A stretch of DNA of 64,000 bases. Origin: Minisyncoccota bacterium. GTDB lineage: Bacteria; Patescibacteriota; Minisyncoccia; Phycocordibacterales; UBA9973. The stretch lies in assembly GCA_041674285.1 (NCBI GenBank), contig JBAYVZ010000001.1, positions 85,732 to 149,731 of the forward strand, in the 5' to 3' direction. Position numbers and translations under genes: made by a program. The notes beneath the pieces were generated by a model that made no database searches, had not been told where the DNA came from, and saw only the letters and a program-made list of their open reading frames with translations. Shown here piece after piece: positions 9,947 through 17,554 of this stretch. Position 1 is the stretch's first letter. Each line of letters starts with the position of its first letter.

Positions 9947-10378
9947 ATGTCAAAAAATAAAATTTCAGGAGATATGGGTGAGCAGGAGATTGTAGATTTG
10001 ATCGCTTGTCCTAATTGCAAGAAGAAGTTGATGTTATTACCTAAAAACTACCCATTATTCGATGTGCAGTGTGAGGGGTGTAGTTTTCGTGCTCAGGTGA
10101 AGACAAACAACACAAAGCCAAAGTCTATAATCTTTGGAGCTGGCTGGGATATTATGGAAAAAGTTTTAAAATCTGGATACATGGTTCCACCGCTGATAAC
10201 AAATTTTAAGTGGAGTGATAAGGGTGTGGATCATCAAGAGATTCGATTTTATCCTTTTGTACCGAAGATAAATTTAAAGATGCATCAGCTTTCTGGGGAG
10301 GCAAGACGCGCAAATTATAAAATGTTTAATTACATAGGAATAGACAAGCTTCCTTATTTTGAATTGTTTAAAAAATAA
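9947..10378 (+). CDS. hypothetical zinc-ribbon protein, possibly restriction-endonuclease-like
   Basis: CPNC...CEGC four-Cys cluster; N-terminal GDMGEQEIVDLIA resembles the start of Mrr/PD-(D/E)xK-like domains; directly follows hsdS. Confidence 0.45.
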   Translation: MSKNKISGDMGEQEIVDLIACPNCKKKLMLLPKNYPLFDVQCEGCSFRAQVKTNNTKPKSIIFGAGWDIMEKVLKSGYMVPPLITNFKWSDKGVDHQEIRFYPFVPKINLKMHQLSGEARRANYKMFNYIGIDKLPYFELFKK

Positions 10379-10383
10379 AAATT

Positions 10384-10959
10384 ATGAAAAAAGATATTTT
10401 TGAGCAAATAACAGAAGATTATTTTAGAAAATTGGGTTATTTTACTGTCGGAAATGAAAGATATAAGCCTGCTGGGGTAGGAGTTAATTCTGATATTGAT
10501 GTTTTAGCTATGCATCCACTCAGTAATGATCTTGTGGTTGTAAGTTGTAAAGGGTGGCAATCTGGGATTAATATAAGAGAAATATTAGAAACTCTTAAAA
10601 CAAATCCAGATAAAATTATTCGTGGTGGGACCTTCAGAAAAAGACTCAGAGAAATAGCAGACGAAGACTCAGCCAAGGAGTTAAAAAAGAAAGTTTATTC
10701 TTTAACAGGCAAAGACTCCTTTACTTTTTATTTGTCAGTTGTTGATTATAAAGGCAATAAAGATGATTTTGAAAATTTCTATTTGTTCAAGAAAAACTTA
10801 CCTAATTGTGATATAAAAATTATCACCTTTAGGAATATGATTGAATTTCTAGATTTAAATAAAACCACAACTCCATCACATAGCGATATAATACACATAT
10901 TGCAGTTATTAAAAGCAGCGAAAGGTGAAATTATTTTTAAAGAAATAATACAGCCATGA
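10384..10959 (+). CDS. Mrr-cat-like restriction endonuclease domain protein (PD-(D/E)xK fold)
   Basis: FEQITEDYFRKLGYFTV...GVNSDIDVLAMHP...DLVVVSCKGW follows the Mrr_cat pattern (FE..LV..LL..GY.V..GDGGID..A..(V/I)QCK), here with a (S)CK variant. Confidence 0.5.
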   Translation: MKKDIFEQITEDYFRKLGYFTVGNERYKPAGVGVNSDIDVLAMHPLSNDLVVVSCKGWQSGINIREILETLKTNPDKIIRGGTFRKRLREIADEDSAKELKKKVYSLTGKDSFTFYLSVVDYKGNKDDFENFYLFKKNLPNCDIKIITFRNMIEFLDLNKTTTPSHSDIIHILQLLKAAKGEIIFKEIIQP

Positions 10960-11028
10960 CCCAAAGCCCTGTCTGAGGGGTTTTTGAGCTATTTGCATCC
11001 TTTTTTAAAAGGGATATTATGAGAGTAT

Positions 11029-11703
11029 ATGAAGATTAAGGATATATTCCATAAAATCAAATCCCGTGTTTCTAGGACCCAATTGGGCTTATTTGTGTTT
11101 GCAATTTTGTTTGCTGGTATTGCATTTTTTCTTATATCTGAGAATAGGGATGGAGAATGTTCGCCAGAGTATAAAATACAGAGAAAGTATCTTAATAAAG
11201 ATATGTCGTCTTTGGAATTTAATTTTGATAAATACAAGACCAAAAATTCAAGACCCGAAACACTAAAATCTCTAGATTTAAATTATAGTAAGACAGCTAA
11301 AGAATTCAGAACTAGTATAATTTATCAGCTAAAAGATGAAATTGATTTTGACGGCAAATATACAGTGGTGGGTACTGGCATGACTGGATGGGATGGTCCA
11401 GTATGGATAGTCGACAGATCAAATGGTAAAGCTTATGAATTCCCATATCATCACTATCGTTTTTCTCTTGATTATAGTAAAGATAGTAACCTGATTGTAG
11501 TAAATTCAAAAGAAAGAATAAAAGAAATGCATGAAATTCACGGTTGTTCCTATTTAAACATTATGGAAGATATAGTGAGAGGAGCCTACGATTTAAGGCC
11601 TCATTATTTTGTCTGGGAGGACGGAGAATTTAAATATCTAGGACCCCAGAGCTATACTCCTAATAAAAATCCTTTTTGGGGAGATTATTTTAATAATAAT
11701 TAA
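11029..11703 (+). CDS. hypothetical membrane-anchored protein
   Basis: N-terminal TM helix LGLFVFAILFAGIAFFLI followed by a soluble domain; no recognisable motif. Confidence 0.45.
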   Translation: MKIKDIFHKIKSRVSRTQLGLFVFAILFAGIAFFLISENRDGECSPEYKIQRKYLNKDMSSLEFNFDKYKTKNSRPETLKSLDLNYSKTAKEFRTSIIYQLKDEIDFDGKYTVVGTGMTGWDGPVWIVDRSNGKAYEFPYHHYRFSLDYSKDSNLIVVNSKERIKEMHEIHGCSYLNIMEDIVRGAYDLRPHYFVWEDGEFKYLGPQSYTPNKNPFWGDYFNNN

Positions 11704-11712
11704 ATATTTCTG

Positions 11713-12273
11713 ATGATTCTTAAAAAAATACAAGAAAATTATTATAAAGATTTAAGGAAAGAATATGTTCCGAATAAAATTGACACGGTTTTTATTTTGG
11801 AATCTGTTCCAAGTGCAGATTCATATTTTTATAATATAGAAACTTCAAATAGGACTGTTATTAATACGTTTGCTAGACTATTGAATATAGAAAATCCAAA
11901 AGAATTTACACCCTCTTATATTTTAGATAAATTTGTTAATAAAAATTATATTATTCTTGATGCATTATATGAACCAATTGATAAATTATCTAGCAAAGAA
12001 AGAAGACAAAAAATAAAGGATAATAAACTTGAAATCAAAAAAGAACTTACTAATTTAGTTAAAGATAAAAATATAAAAATTATTCTTGTTAGTAAGTATG
12101 TTTATGAGGAGTTAGCAGGTGCACTCAGAGAAGATGGGTGGAATATTTTAAATAAAGAAAAAGGGGGAATGGTCCCTTTCCCTGGTAATGGATGGCAAAA
12201 AAAATTTATTAGAATAGTTTTAGCATTATTGCAGTCAGGCCCTAGGGTTCTGACTGGTAAGCAAGGACGGTGA
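11713..12273 (+). CDS. hypothetical protein
   Basis: 186-aa ORF, AT-rich, no recognised motif. Confidence 0.4.
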   Translation: MILKKIQENYYKDLRKEYVPNKIDTVFILESVPSADSYFYNIETSNRTVINTFARLLNIENPKEFTPSYILDKFVNKNYIILDALYEPIDKLSSKERRQKIKDNKLEIKKELTNLVKDKNIKIILVSKYVYEELAGALREDGWNILNKEKGGMVPFPGNGWQKKFIRIVLALLQSGPRVLTGKQGR

Positions 12274-12297
12274 TCACTTAAATCTGTAATTAATAAT

Positions 12298-12585
12298 ATG
12301 CTCACTTTTACTCAAAAGGTTTTAAATGTTGTACGGAAGATTCCGAGCGGAAAGACTATGACGTATGGCGAGGTGGCGAGGCGCGCTGGCAGCCCGCGCG
12401 GGGCGCGGGCGGTGGGGACGATTATGAAAAATAATTTCCTGCCGGATGTGCCGTGTCATCGTGTCGTTCCCACTACGCCTCTGGCTACGCGGGACAGAGC
12501 CCTGAGTGTAAAAACCGTCGGCGCGTACAATCGCGGCGGCCCGGAGGCGAAATACGCTTTACTTAAAAAGGAGGGTGCTATTTGA
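12298..12585 (+). CDS. methylated-DNA-protein-cysteine methyltransferase (MGMT/Ogt) DNA-binding/active-site domain protein
   Basis: TMTYGEVARRAGSPRGARAVGTIM...VPCHRVV matches the MGMT C-terminal domain with the PCHR active site retained; strikingly GC-rich (e.g. GCGCGCTGGCAGCCCGCGCGGGGCGCGGGCGGTGGGGACG). Confidence 0.75.
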   Translation: MLTFTQKVLNVVRKIPSGKTMTYGEVARRAGSPRGARAVGTIMKNNFLPDVPCHRVVPTTPLATRDRALSVKTVGAYNRGGPEAKYALLKKEGAI

Positions 12586-12599
12586 TATAATAAAAACAT

Positions 12600-13112
12600 A
12601 TGAAAAAATATTATATTACAGGAATGGCGGGCAGTGGAAAATCTACAATAGCTAGAATGCTGACTCAAAATAATATTAGAGCTATAGATATTGATGATCA
12701 TGATTTATCTCGATGGGTCAATAAAGAAACTGGAGAGGTTGTGCAGAGGCAGCCCGGTGCGGATAAATATTTTTTCAAGAATAATGCTTCTGCTCTAGAT
12801 ATCGAAAGACTATTTAAAATGATAGAGGAGATGGAGGGTCCTGTCTTTGTAGTAGGGTTAGCAGACAATCAAAAAGACTTTATAAATAAATTTGATAAAG
12901 TATTTTTGCTCAGATGTCATCCGAGTGCACTTATTCAGAGGATCAATAGTAGGAATGACAATAGTTTTGGCAAGGACGAAGAAGCTAGAAATATGATAAT
13001 ACGTGGAAATGAGAAATTTGAAAATAAGATGATGGATCTGGGTGCTATACCCATAGACACATCTATGCCCATAGATAAGGTATATGAGGAATTGATGTCT
13101 CAGACGAAATAA
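12600..13112 (+). CDS. P-loop NTPase / nucleotide-kinase-like protein
   Basis: Walker A GMAGSGKST near the N-terminus; small kinase-like size. Confidence 0.6.
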   Translation: MKKYYITGMAGSGKSTIARMLTQNNIRAIDIDDHDLSRWVNKETGEVVQRQPGADKYFFKNNASALDIERLFKMIEEMEGPVFVVGLADNQKDFINKFDKVFLLRCHPSALIQRINSRNDNSFGKDEEARNMIIRGNEKFENKMMDLGAIPIDTSMPIDKVYEELMSQTK

Positions 13113-13116
13113 TAAT

Positions 13117-13353
13117 ATGCCAGAAAAATTACACAAAATTCCAAAAGATTTGAAAGAGAAAATATTCAATACCAAGGGTGTTCTGGATCTGTGGGGCGAT
13201 CTCACGCCGTTGGCTCGTAATGAGTGGATCTGCTTTGTAGAATCTGCAAAGAAGGACGAGACTCGTCAAAAGAGAATCAATCGAGTGTGTGGCGATCTAT
13301 CCGCTGGCAAGCGCAGGCCCTGCTGTTGGGCCGGATGTCCACATAGAAAATAA
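13117..13353 (+). CDS. YdeI/OmpD-associated family protein
   Basis: LTPLARNEWICFVESAKKDETRQKRINRV...GKRRPCCWAGCPHR resembles the YdeI/OmdA family C-terminus. Confidence 0.5.
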   Translation: MPEKLHKIPKDLKEKIFNTKGVLDLWGDLTPLARNEWICFVESAKKDETRQKRINRVCGDLSAGKRRPCCWAGCPHRK

Positions 13354-13356
13354 AAT

Positions 13357-13388
13357 AGCCCGAGGCATACGCCTCGGGCTATTTTATT
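13357..13388. terminator. bidirectional rho-independent terminator (9-bp GC stem AGCCCGAGG/CCTCGGGCT flanked by A/T runs)
   Basis: Hairpin 13357-13380 with AAAATAAAAT upstream and ATTTTATTT downstream, between convergent genes. Confidence 0.75.
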
Positions 13389-13624
13389 TATGCTTTCTTT
13401 ATGAATTCTGTGCGCAGTACGATGCCCTTCATTCCATCAATATTGCACTCTACTAGCTCCTCGTCATCTGTCAGGCGGATATTCTTGGCCTTGGTGCCTT
13501 TCTTGATCACAGTAGAGCTGCCTTTTATTTTTAAGTCTTTTATCAGGGTGATACTGTCGCCATGGGCTAGTATCGTACCGTTCGCATCGCGAACTATTAC
13601 CTCGTCTTCATTTTCTGTATCCAT
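13388..13624 (-). CDS. PhnA-like protein (C-terminal domain only)
   Basis: ILAHGDSITLIKDLKIKGSSTVIKKGTKAKNIRL...IVLRTEFIKKA resembles the PhnA/YjdC C-terminal domain. Confidence 0.6.
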   Translation of the reverse strand: MDTENEDEVIVRDANGTILAHGDSITLIKDLKIKGSSTVIKKGTKAKNIRLTDDEELVECNIDGMKGIVLRTEFIKKA

Positions 13625-13666
13625 ATAGCCATAGTATACACGATTTTATAATTCCCGCATTATGTA

Positions 13667-13963
13667 TTGTATAATAATCTTGTTATGAAGAAATTCTCGG
13701 AAAAAGTAAAATTGTGGCGATGGCCTGGGGATGGGGCTTGGCATTTTGTGACTCTGGATAAAAAGCTATATGAAAAGATCCGCGCGAAATACGGCAAGGG
13801 CATGCTACGCATAAGTGCACAGGTAGGCAAGACAAAATTCGAGACATCACTACTGCCTCACAATATGTCCCAGAGCTATCTGATCGCTATTAAGAAGTCT
13901 GTCCGTCAGAGCGAGGGGCTACTCGACGGCGATTCATTCACAGTCAAATTTGAAATAAAATGA
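13667..13963 (+). CDS. DUF1905 family protein
   Basis: WRWPGDGAWHFVTL core typical of DUF1905. Confidence 0.5.
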   Translation: MYNNLVMKKFSEKVKLWRWPGDGAWHFVTLDKKLYEKIRAKYGKGMLRISAQVGKTKFETSLLPHNMSQSYLIAIKKSVRQSEGLLDGDSFTVKFEIK

Positions 13964-13975
13964 TATAATACCCAT

Positions 13976-14218
13976 ATGATATATATCGATGTTAGAACAA
14001 AGGGGGAATATGATAGTGGACATGTAGACGGGGCGATAAATTGCGACATCATGGATATGATGTATGGCAAGTTCCCCGATGTGCCAAAGGATGCAGAGAT
14101 CACGCTATACTGCGAGTCAGGCAATCGCTCTATGATGGCGAAAACTATGATGGAGCAAAATGGTTGGTCCAAAGTTGTCGATGGTGGTAGTATCGACAAC
14201 TTTATGAATAATGATTAA
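13976..14218 (+). CDS. rhodanese-domain sulfurtransferase (single domain)
   Basis: IDVRTKGEYDSGHVDGAIN...LYCESGNRS with the active-site Cys loop. Confidence 0.8.
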   Translation: MIYIDVRTKGEYDSGHVDGAINCDIMDMMYGKFPDVPKDAEITLYCESGNRSMMAKTMMEQNGWSKVVDGGSIDNFMNND

Positions 14219-14465
14219 AAGTAAAAAATATTTTGTATATATAGTAGAGTGTGCCGACGGCACACTCTACACTGGTATCACGACGGATCTAAAGAGGCGA
14301 GTGGAGGAGCATAATGCGGGTCCCGTGGGTGCCCGGTATACCAGCGCCCGTCGGCCTGTGTCCCTCGTGTATTCTCGGAAATTCAAAGACCGCTCATCTG
14401 CATCCATAGAGGAGGCTAGGATAAAGAAGCTTTCAAAAGCAGGTAAACTAGCACTAATTGGGTAA
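14211..14465 (+). CDS. GIY-YIG nuclease domain protein (UPF0213-like)
   Basis: YFVYIVECADGTLYTGITTDLKRRVEEHN is the GIY-YIG signature; GC-rich relative to surroundings. Confidence 0.8.
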   Translation: MIKSKKYFVYIVECADGTLYTGITTDLKRRVEEHNAGPVGARYTSARRPVSLVYSRKFKDRSSASIEEARIKKLSKAGKLALIG

Positions 14466-14533
14466 AAAAATACCCCATACAATATCATATATATTGACGA
14501 GGTGTTTTTGCTCACTTGCGTGAACGATTTGTT

Positions 14534-14857
14534 TTAAAATTTTCTGTGGTGTATAACCATGGACATTTGCCATTCCATATCAGCACAATCTTGTCCAAAC
14601 TCATTTTTTCTGTCTATTGAGTCTGAAATCTTTTGAATAATTTTTTCTAAATTTTCATTTTTATGAATTAATTTAGCTCTCGGATGTTGAAATGTTTTTT
14701 CAATTTTTTCTTTTGGTTCATAAATAAATGTTACCGGCGAAAAGATTGTATCCATTTCAATTTCTTCTGCATTTTTTGTTCTAATAAATGCATAATCTCC
14801 AAGATTTTGGGAAGGGGAAATTAAAAACCCTTTTGAAGTCTCAATGTACTTTTCCAT
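14534..14857 (-). CDS. hypothetical protein
   Basis: 107-aa ORF, no recognisable motif. Confidence 0.35.
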   Translation of the reverse strand: MEKYIETSKGFLISPSQNLGDYAFIRTKNAEEIEMDTIFSPVTFIYEPKEKIEKTFQHPRAKLIHKNENLEKIIQKISDSIDRKNEFGQDCADMEWQMSMVIHHRKF

Positions 14858-15006
14858 AATTAACCGATTTAGTGGTTCGATAATAGTATAGCATATTTAT
14901 GTATAAAAGTCAAGTATGTAGAATATGTTGATATTTAAATATAGTATAATGTCCTCAGCCCAAGGCCTTGCCTTGGGCTGAGGATTTGCATGATATACTA
15001 CTGTCT

Positions 15007-15561
15007 ATGCAAAAGATCGTGTCGATAGATGGCGTAGATATGCCATATACAATCAAATCCAATTCTAAATCCAGGAAGATCAGCCTCCGTATACAGCAGG
15101 GTGGTCATATCTTAGTGACAAAGCCTACGCGTGTATCTGTGCGATATATCGAGGGCGTAGTAGATAGTAAAAAGGACTGGATCGCGGAGCAGATAAACAA
15201 GCTGGGTAGCAAGCCGGCAAAATTACTCGCACACTATTCAGCCAAAGATTTAGAGGTGTATCGCGACGAGGCATACAATCTAGTAGATGCGAAAATCGCT
15301 CATTTCAATAAATTTTACAAGTTCGAGATAGAGCGTGTCACGATTCGCAATCAGTCTACCCGCTGGGGTAGCTGCTCACGGCAAAAGAATCTTAATTTTA
15401 ATTACAAGATAGTCTTGCTCCCATCAAAACTCCAGGACTATATCATCGTGCATGAATTATGCCACTTGAGTGAGATGAATCACGGCAAAAAATTTTGGGA
15501 TCTTGTTTCTCTGCAAATTCCGGATTATAAAGATTGTGTTAAATCTCTAAAGGATTATTAG
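15007..15561 (+). CDS. YgjP-like metal-dependent hydrolase (DUF45/WLM-like HExxH)
   Basis: IVHELCHLSEMNHGKKFWDLV (HExxH...H) and N-terminal MPYTIKSNSKSRKISLRI typical of the YgjP family; start chosen at ATG 15007 (track ORF begins at a TTG at 14968). Confidence 0.75.
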   Translation: MQKIVSIDGVDMPYTIKSNSKSRKISLRIQQGGHILVTKPTRVSVRYIEGVVDSKKDWIAEQINKLGSKPAKLLAHYSAKDLEVYRDEAYNLVDAKIAHFNKFYKFEIERVTIRNQSTRWGSCSRQKNLNFNYKIVLLPSKLQDYIIVHELCHLSEMNHGKKFWDLVSLQIPDYKDCVKSLKDY

Positions 15562-15695
15562 GATATATCTATCTATGGGCAAATCTTCGGTGCATTATTT
15601 TGCTATCTTTTAAATAAATTGTGTGGTATAGTACCTGTGTATATAGATACATAAGGCGCAGTCGAAGCTCTAAGAAAAATAACATAAAAAATCAT

Positions 15696-15893
15696 ATGAA
15701 AGGAATAATCAAAACTCTTACAGAAAAAGGATTCGGATTCATCTCTCGTGAAGGCGAGACAAAGGACCTATTCTTCCACTCTAAAGAATTATCTGGTGTC
15801 ACATACGAAGATCTACGCGAAGGTGACGAAGTTACTTTTGAAGTAGTAAACGGTGAAAAAGGCCCAGCTGCTGTAAACGTGCAACGCGCATAA
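15696..15893 (+). CDS. cspA: cold-shock protein (CspA family)
   Basis: MKGIIKTLTEKGFGFISREGETKDLFFHSKEL: cold-shock domain RNP motifs. Confidence 0.9.
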   Translation: MKGIIKTLTEKGFGFISREGETKDLFFHSKELSGVTYEDLREGDEVTFEVVNGEKGPAAVNVQRA

Positions 15894-15894
15894 T

Positions 15895-15940
15895 ACACAA
15901 AACAAAAATACACTCGAGAGAGTGTATTTTTGTTTTGTGT
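15895..15940. terminator. long bidirectional terminator hairpin (21-bp stem, GAGA loop)
   Basis: ACACAAAACAAAAATACACTC-GAGA-GAGTGTATTTTTGTTTTGTGT, a perfect inverted repeat after cspA. Confidence 0.8.
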
Positions 15941-15954
15941 GCTAGTATGTCTGT

Positions 15955-16524
15955 ATGGCAAAGATTACATCAGTAAAATTCATCACAGGCATAGTGGACG
16001 ACCATGCGATACTATCTGACGGCATACCTCAGATAGCTTTTATCGGGCGCTCCAATGTGGGTAAATCTACATTGATCAATACTCTCACAGCTAGTGGTGT
16101 ATCTCGTACTAGTTCATTCCCTGGGCGTACTCAGGAGATAAATATCTTCCTCGTGAACAAAGAGTTCTATTTTGTCGACCTACCTGGATATGGCTTTGCT
16201 CGTGCAGATGGCGCCGGCCGTGAGAAGATCAGCGAGCTCATCGACTCGTATCTATTCAGCTCTGTGAATGGCCAGAAGAAGGTGGTGATGATCGTCGATG
16301 TGAATGTCGGTATGACTGAAAAAGATCTCCTCATGCTCGAGCACCTAGAGAGTCATGACAAAGATTTCATCATCGTGGCGAACAAGACAGACCGCGCCAG
16401 CCAATCCGAGCTACATCACAATCTAAATGCAATCAGAAAAATAGCAGGGGATCACAAAGTGATACCTTTCTCATCAAAGAAAAGAACAGGCCTAGATGCA
16501 CTACTAGAAGAAATACTAAAATAG
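15955..16524 (+). CDS. engB: ribosome biogenesis GTPase EngB/YihA
   Basis: G1 GRSNVGKSTLINTL, G3 DLPGYG, G4 NKTD. Confidence 0.9.
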   Translation: MAKITSVKFITGIVDDHAILSDGIPQIAFIGRSNVGKSTLINTLTASGVSRTSSFPGRTQEINIFLVNKEFYFVDLPGYGFARADGAGREKISELIDSYLFSSVNGQKKVVMIVDVNVGMTEKDLLMLEHLESHDKDFIIVANKTDRASQSELHHNLNAIRKIAGDHKVIPFSSKKRTGLDALLEEILK

Positions 16525-16541
16525 TTCCTATTAAATAAAAA

Positions 16542-16571
16542 AATATCTTTCAAATGAAAGATATTTTTTTA
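16542..16571 (+). terminator. rho-independent terminator after engB
   Basis: AAATATCTTTCA-AA-TGAAAGATATTT hairpin followed by a T-run. Confidence 0.75.
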
Positions 16572-16598
16572 TTTAATAGTTATCCACAGTTTTTTAGT

Positions 16599-16627
16599 TG
16601 ACTGTGAACGCTCGTTCACATATAATA
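16599..16627 (+). promoter_or_regulatory. sigma70-type promoter (TTGACT-17-TATAAT) with a LexA/Cheo-type SOS box GAAC-N4-GTTC in the spacer
   Basis: TTGACT 16599-16604, spacer GTGAACGCTCGTTCACA (17 nt), TATAAT 16622-16627; palindrome TGTGAACG-CT-CGTTCACA; upstream of the small ORF and lexA. Confidence 0.6.
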
Positions 16628-16682
16628 TAAATATAAGTAATTAATAGTAACAGCCTAAACCAAATGGTCGGCAAAGAATAAT

Positions 16683-16877
16683 ATGAGTAAAGAACAATAC
16701 ATCAAATTAATAGAGAGAGAGTTGAACAACATAAACAAGCGCATCGATATGAAGATCCTCGCTGGGCAGGAGTATCACAAGGAGGCTCAGGACCACAAGC
16801 TCCTCCGTCGCAAAATTCTCCAGCACTCACGCCGTGCATACTTCAATAGATTCTTTCCGATGATTCTAAAATTCTAG
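16683..16877 (+). CDS. hypothetical small basic protein co-transcribed with lexA (putative SOS-regulated)
   Basis: 64-aa ORF immediately downstream of the LexA-box promoter, 12 nt before lexA. Confidence 0.4.
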   Translation: MSKEQYIKLIERELNNINKRIDMKILAGQEYHKEAQDHKLLRRKILQHSRRAYFNRFFPMILKF

Positions 16878-16889
16878 TATAATAGATAT

Positions 16890-17456
16890 ATGTACAACGA
16901 ATACAAAAACAAATTACTATCTTTCTACCAAAGAGAAAATCGTATGCCGACATACACAGAGATGATGTCTCTCTTTGGATTCAAATCCAAGAATGCCGTA
17001 GCCAGACTCGTAGATAAATTCATCGAGGCTGGTCTCGTGGCAAAAGACCATCTGGGTCGCTTGGTACCGGAATCATCTTTTTCTGATATTCCACTCCTCG
17101 GTTCTGTAAAAGCTGGACTACCTGCAGATGTAGCAGAGCAGTCCTACGACACGGTGAATCTAGACAATTATCTAGTGAACAAAAAAGGCAACACTTTTAT
17201 GCTCGAAGTAGACGGCGAAAGTATGATCGATGCGCATATTGCAGACGGTGATATGGTCCTAGTCGAGCGTACAGACAAGGCTCGCGATGGGGACATCGTA
17301 GTGGCAGATGTAGATGGTGAATTCACAATGAAATATTTTAAAAAGAAGGGGGACAAAGTCTGGCTCGAGCCAGCCAATCGGGATTTCAAGCCTATCTATC
17401 CCGAGCAGTATCTCCATATCAACGGCGTAGTAAAAGCCGTTATTCGCAAGTATTAG
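16890..17456 (+). CDS. lexA: LexA repressor (wHTH + S24 peptidase)
   Basis: N-terminal wHTH (TYTEMMSLFGFKSKNAVARLVDKFIEAGLV), cleavage-site region VKAG, S24 catalytic GESM...DGDMVLVER...K. Confidence 0.85.
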   Translation: MYNEYKNKLLSFYQRENRMPTYTEMMSLFGFKSKNAVARLVDKFIEAGLVAKDHLGRLVPESSFSDIPLLGSVKAGLPADVAEQSYDTVNLDNYLVNKKGNTFMLEVDGESMIDAHIADGDMVLVERTDKARDGDIVVADVDGEFTMKYFKKKGDKVWLEPANRDFKPIYPEQYLHINGVVKAVIRKY

Positions 17457-17554
17457 AATCAGCACTTGCTTTTTTAACTTAAAAATGCTATATTGTCAAT
17501 ATATTCGCAAAACCTATTCGAAATAGGTATTTAACTGTAATAATAAAAAAATTT

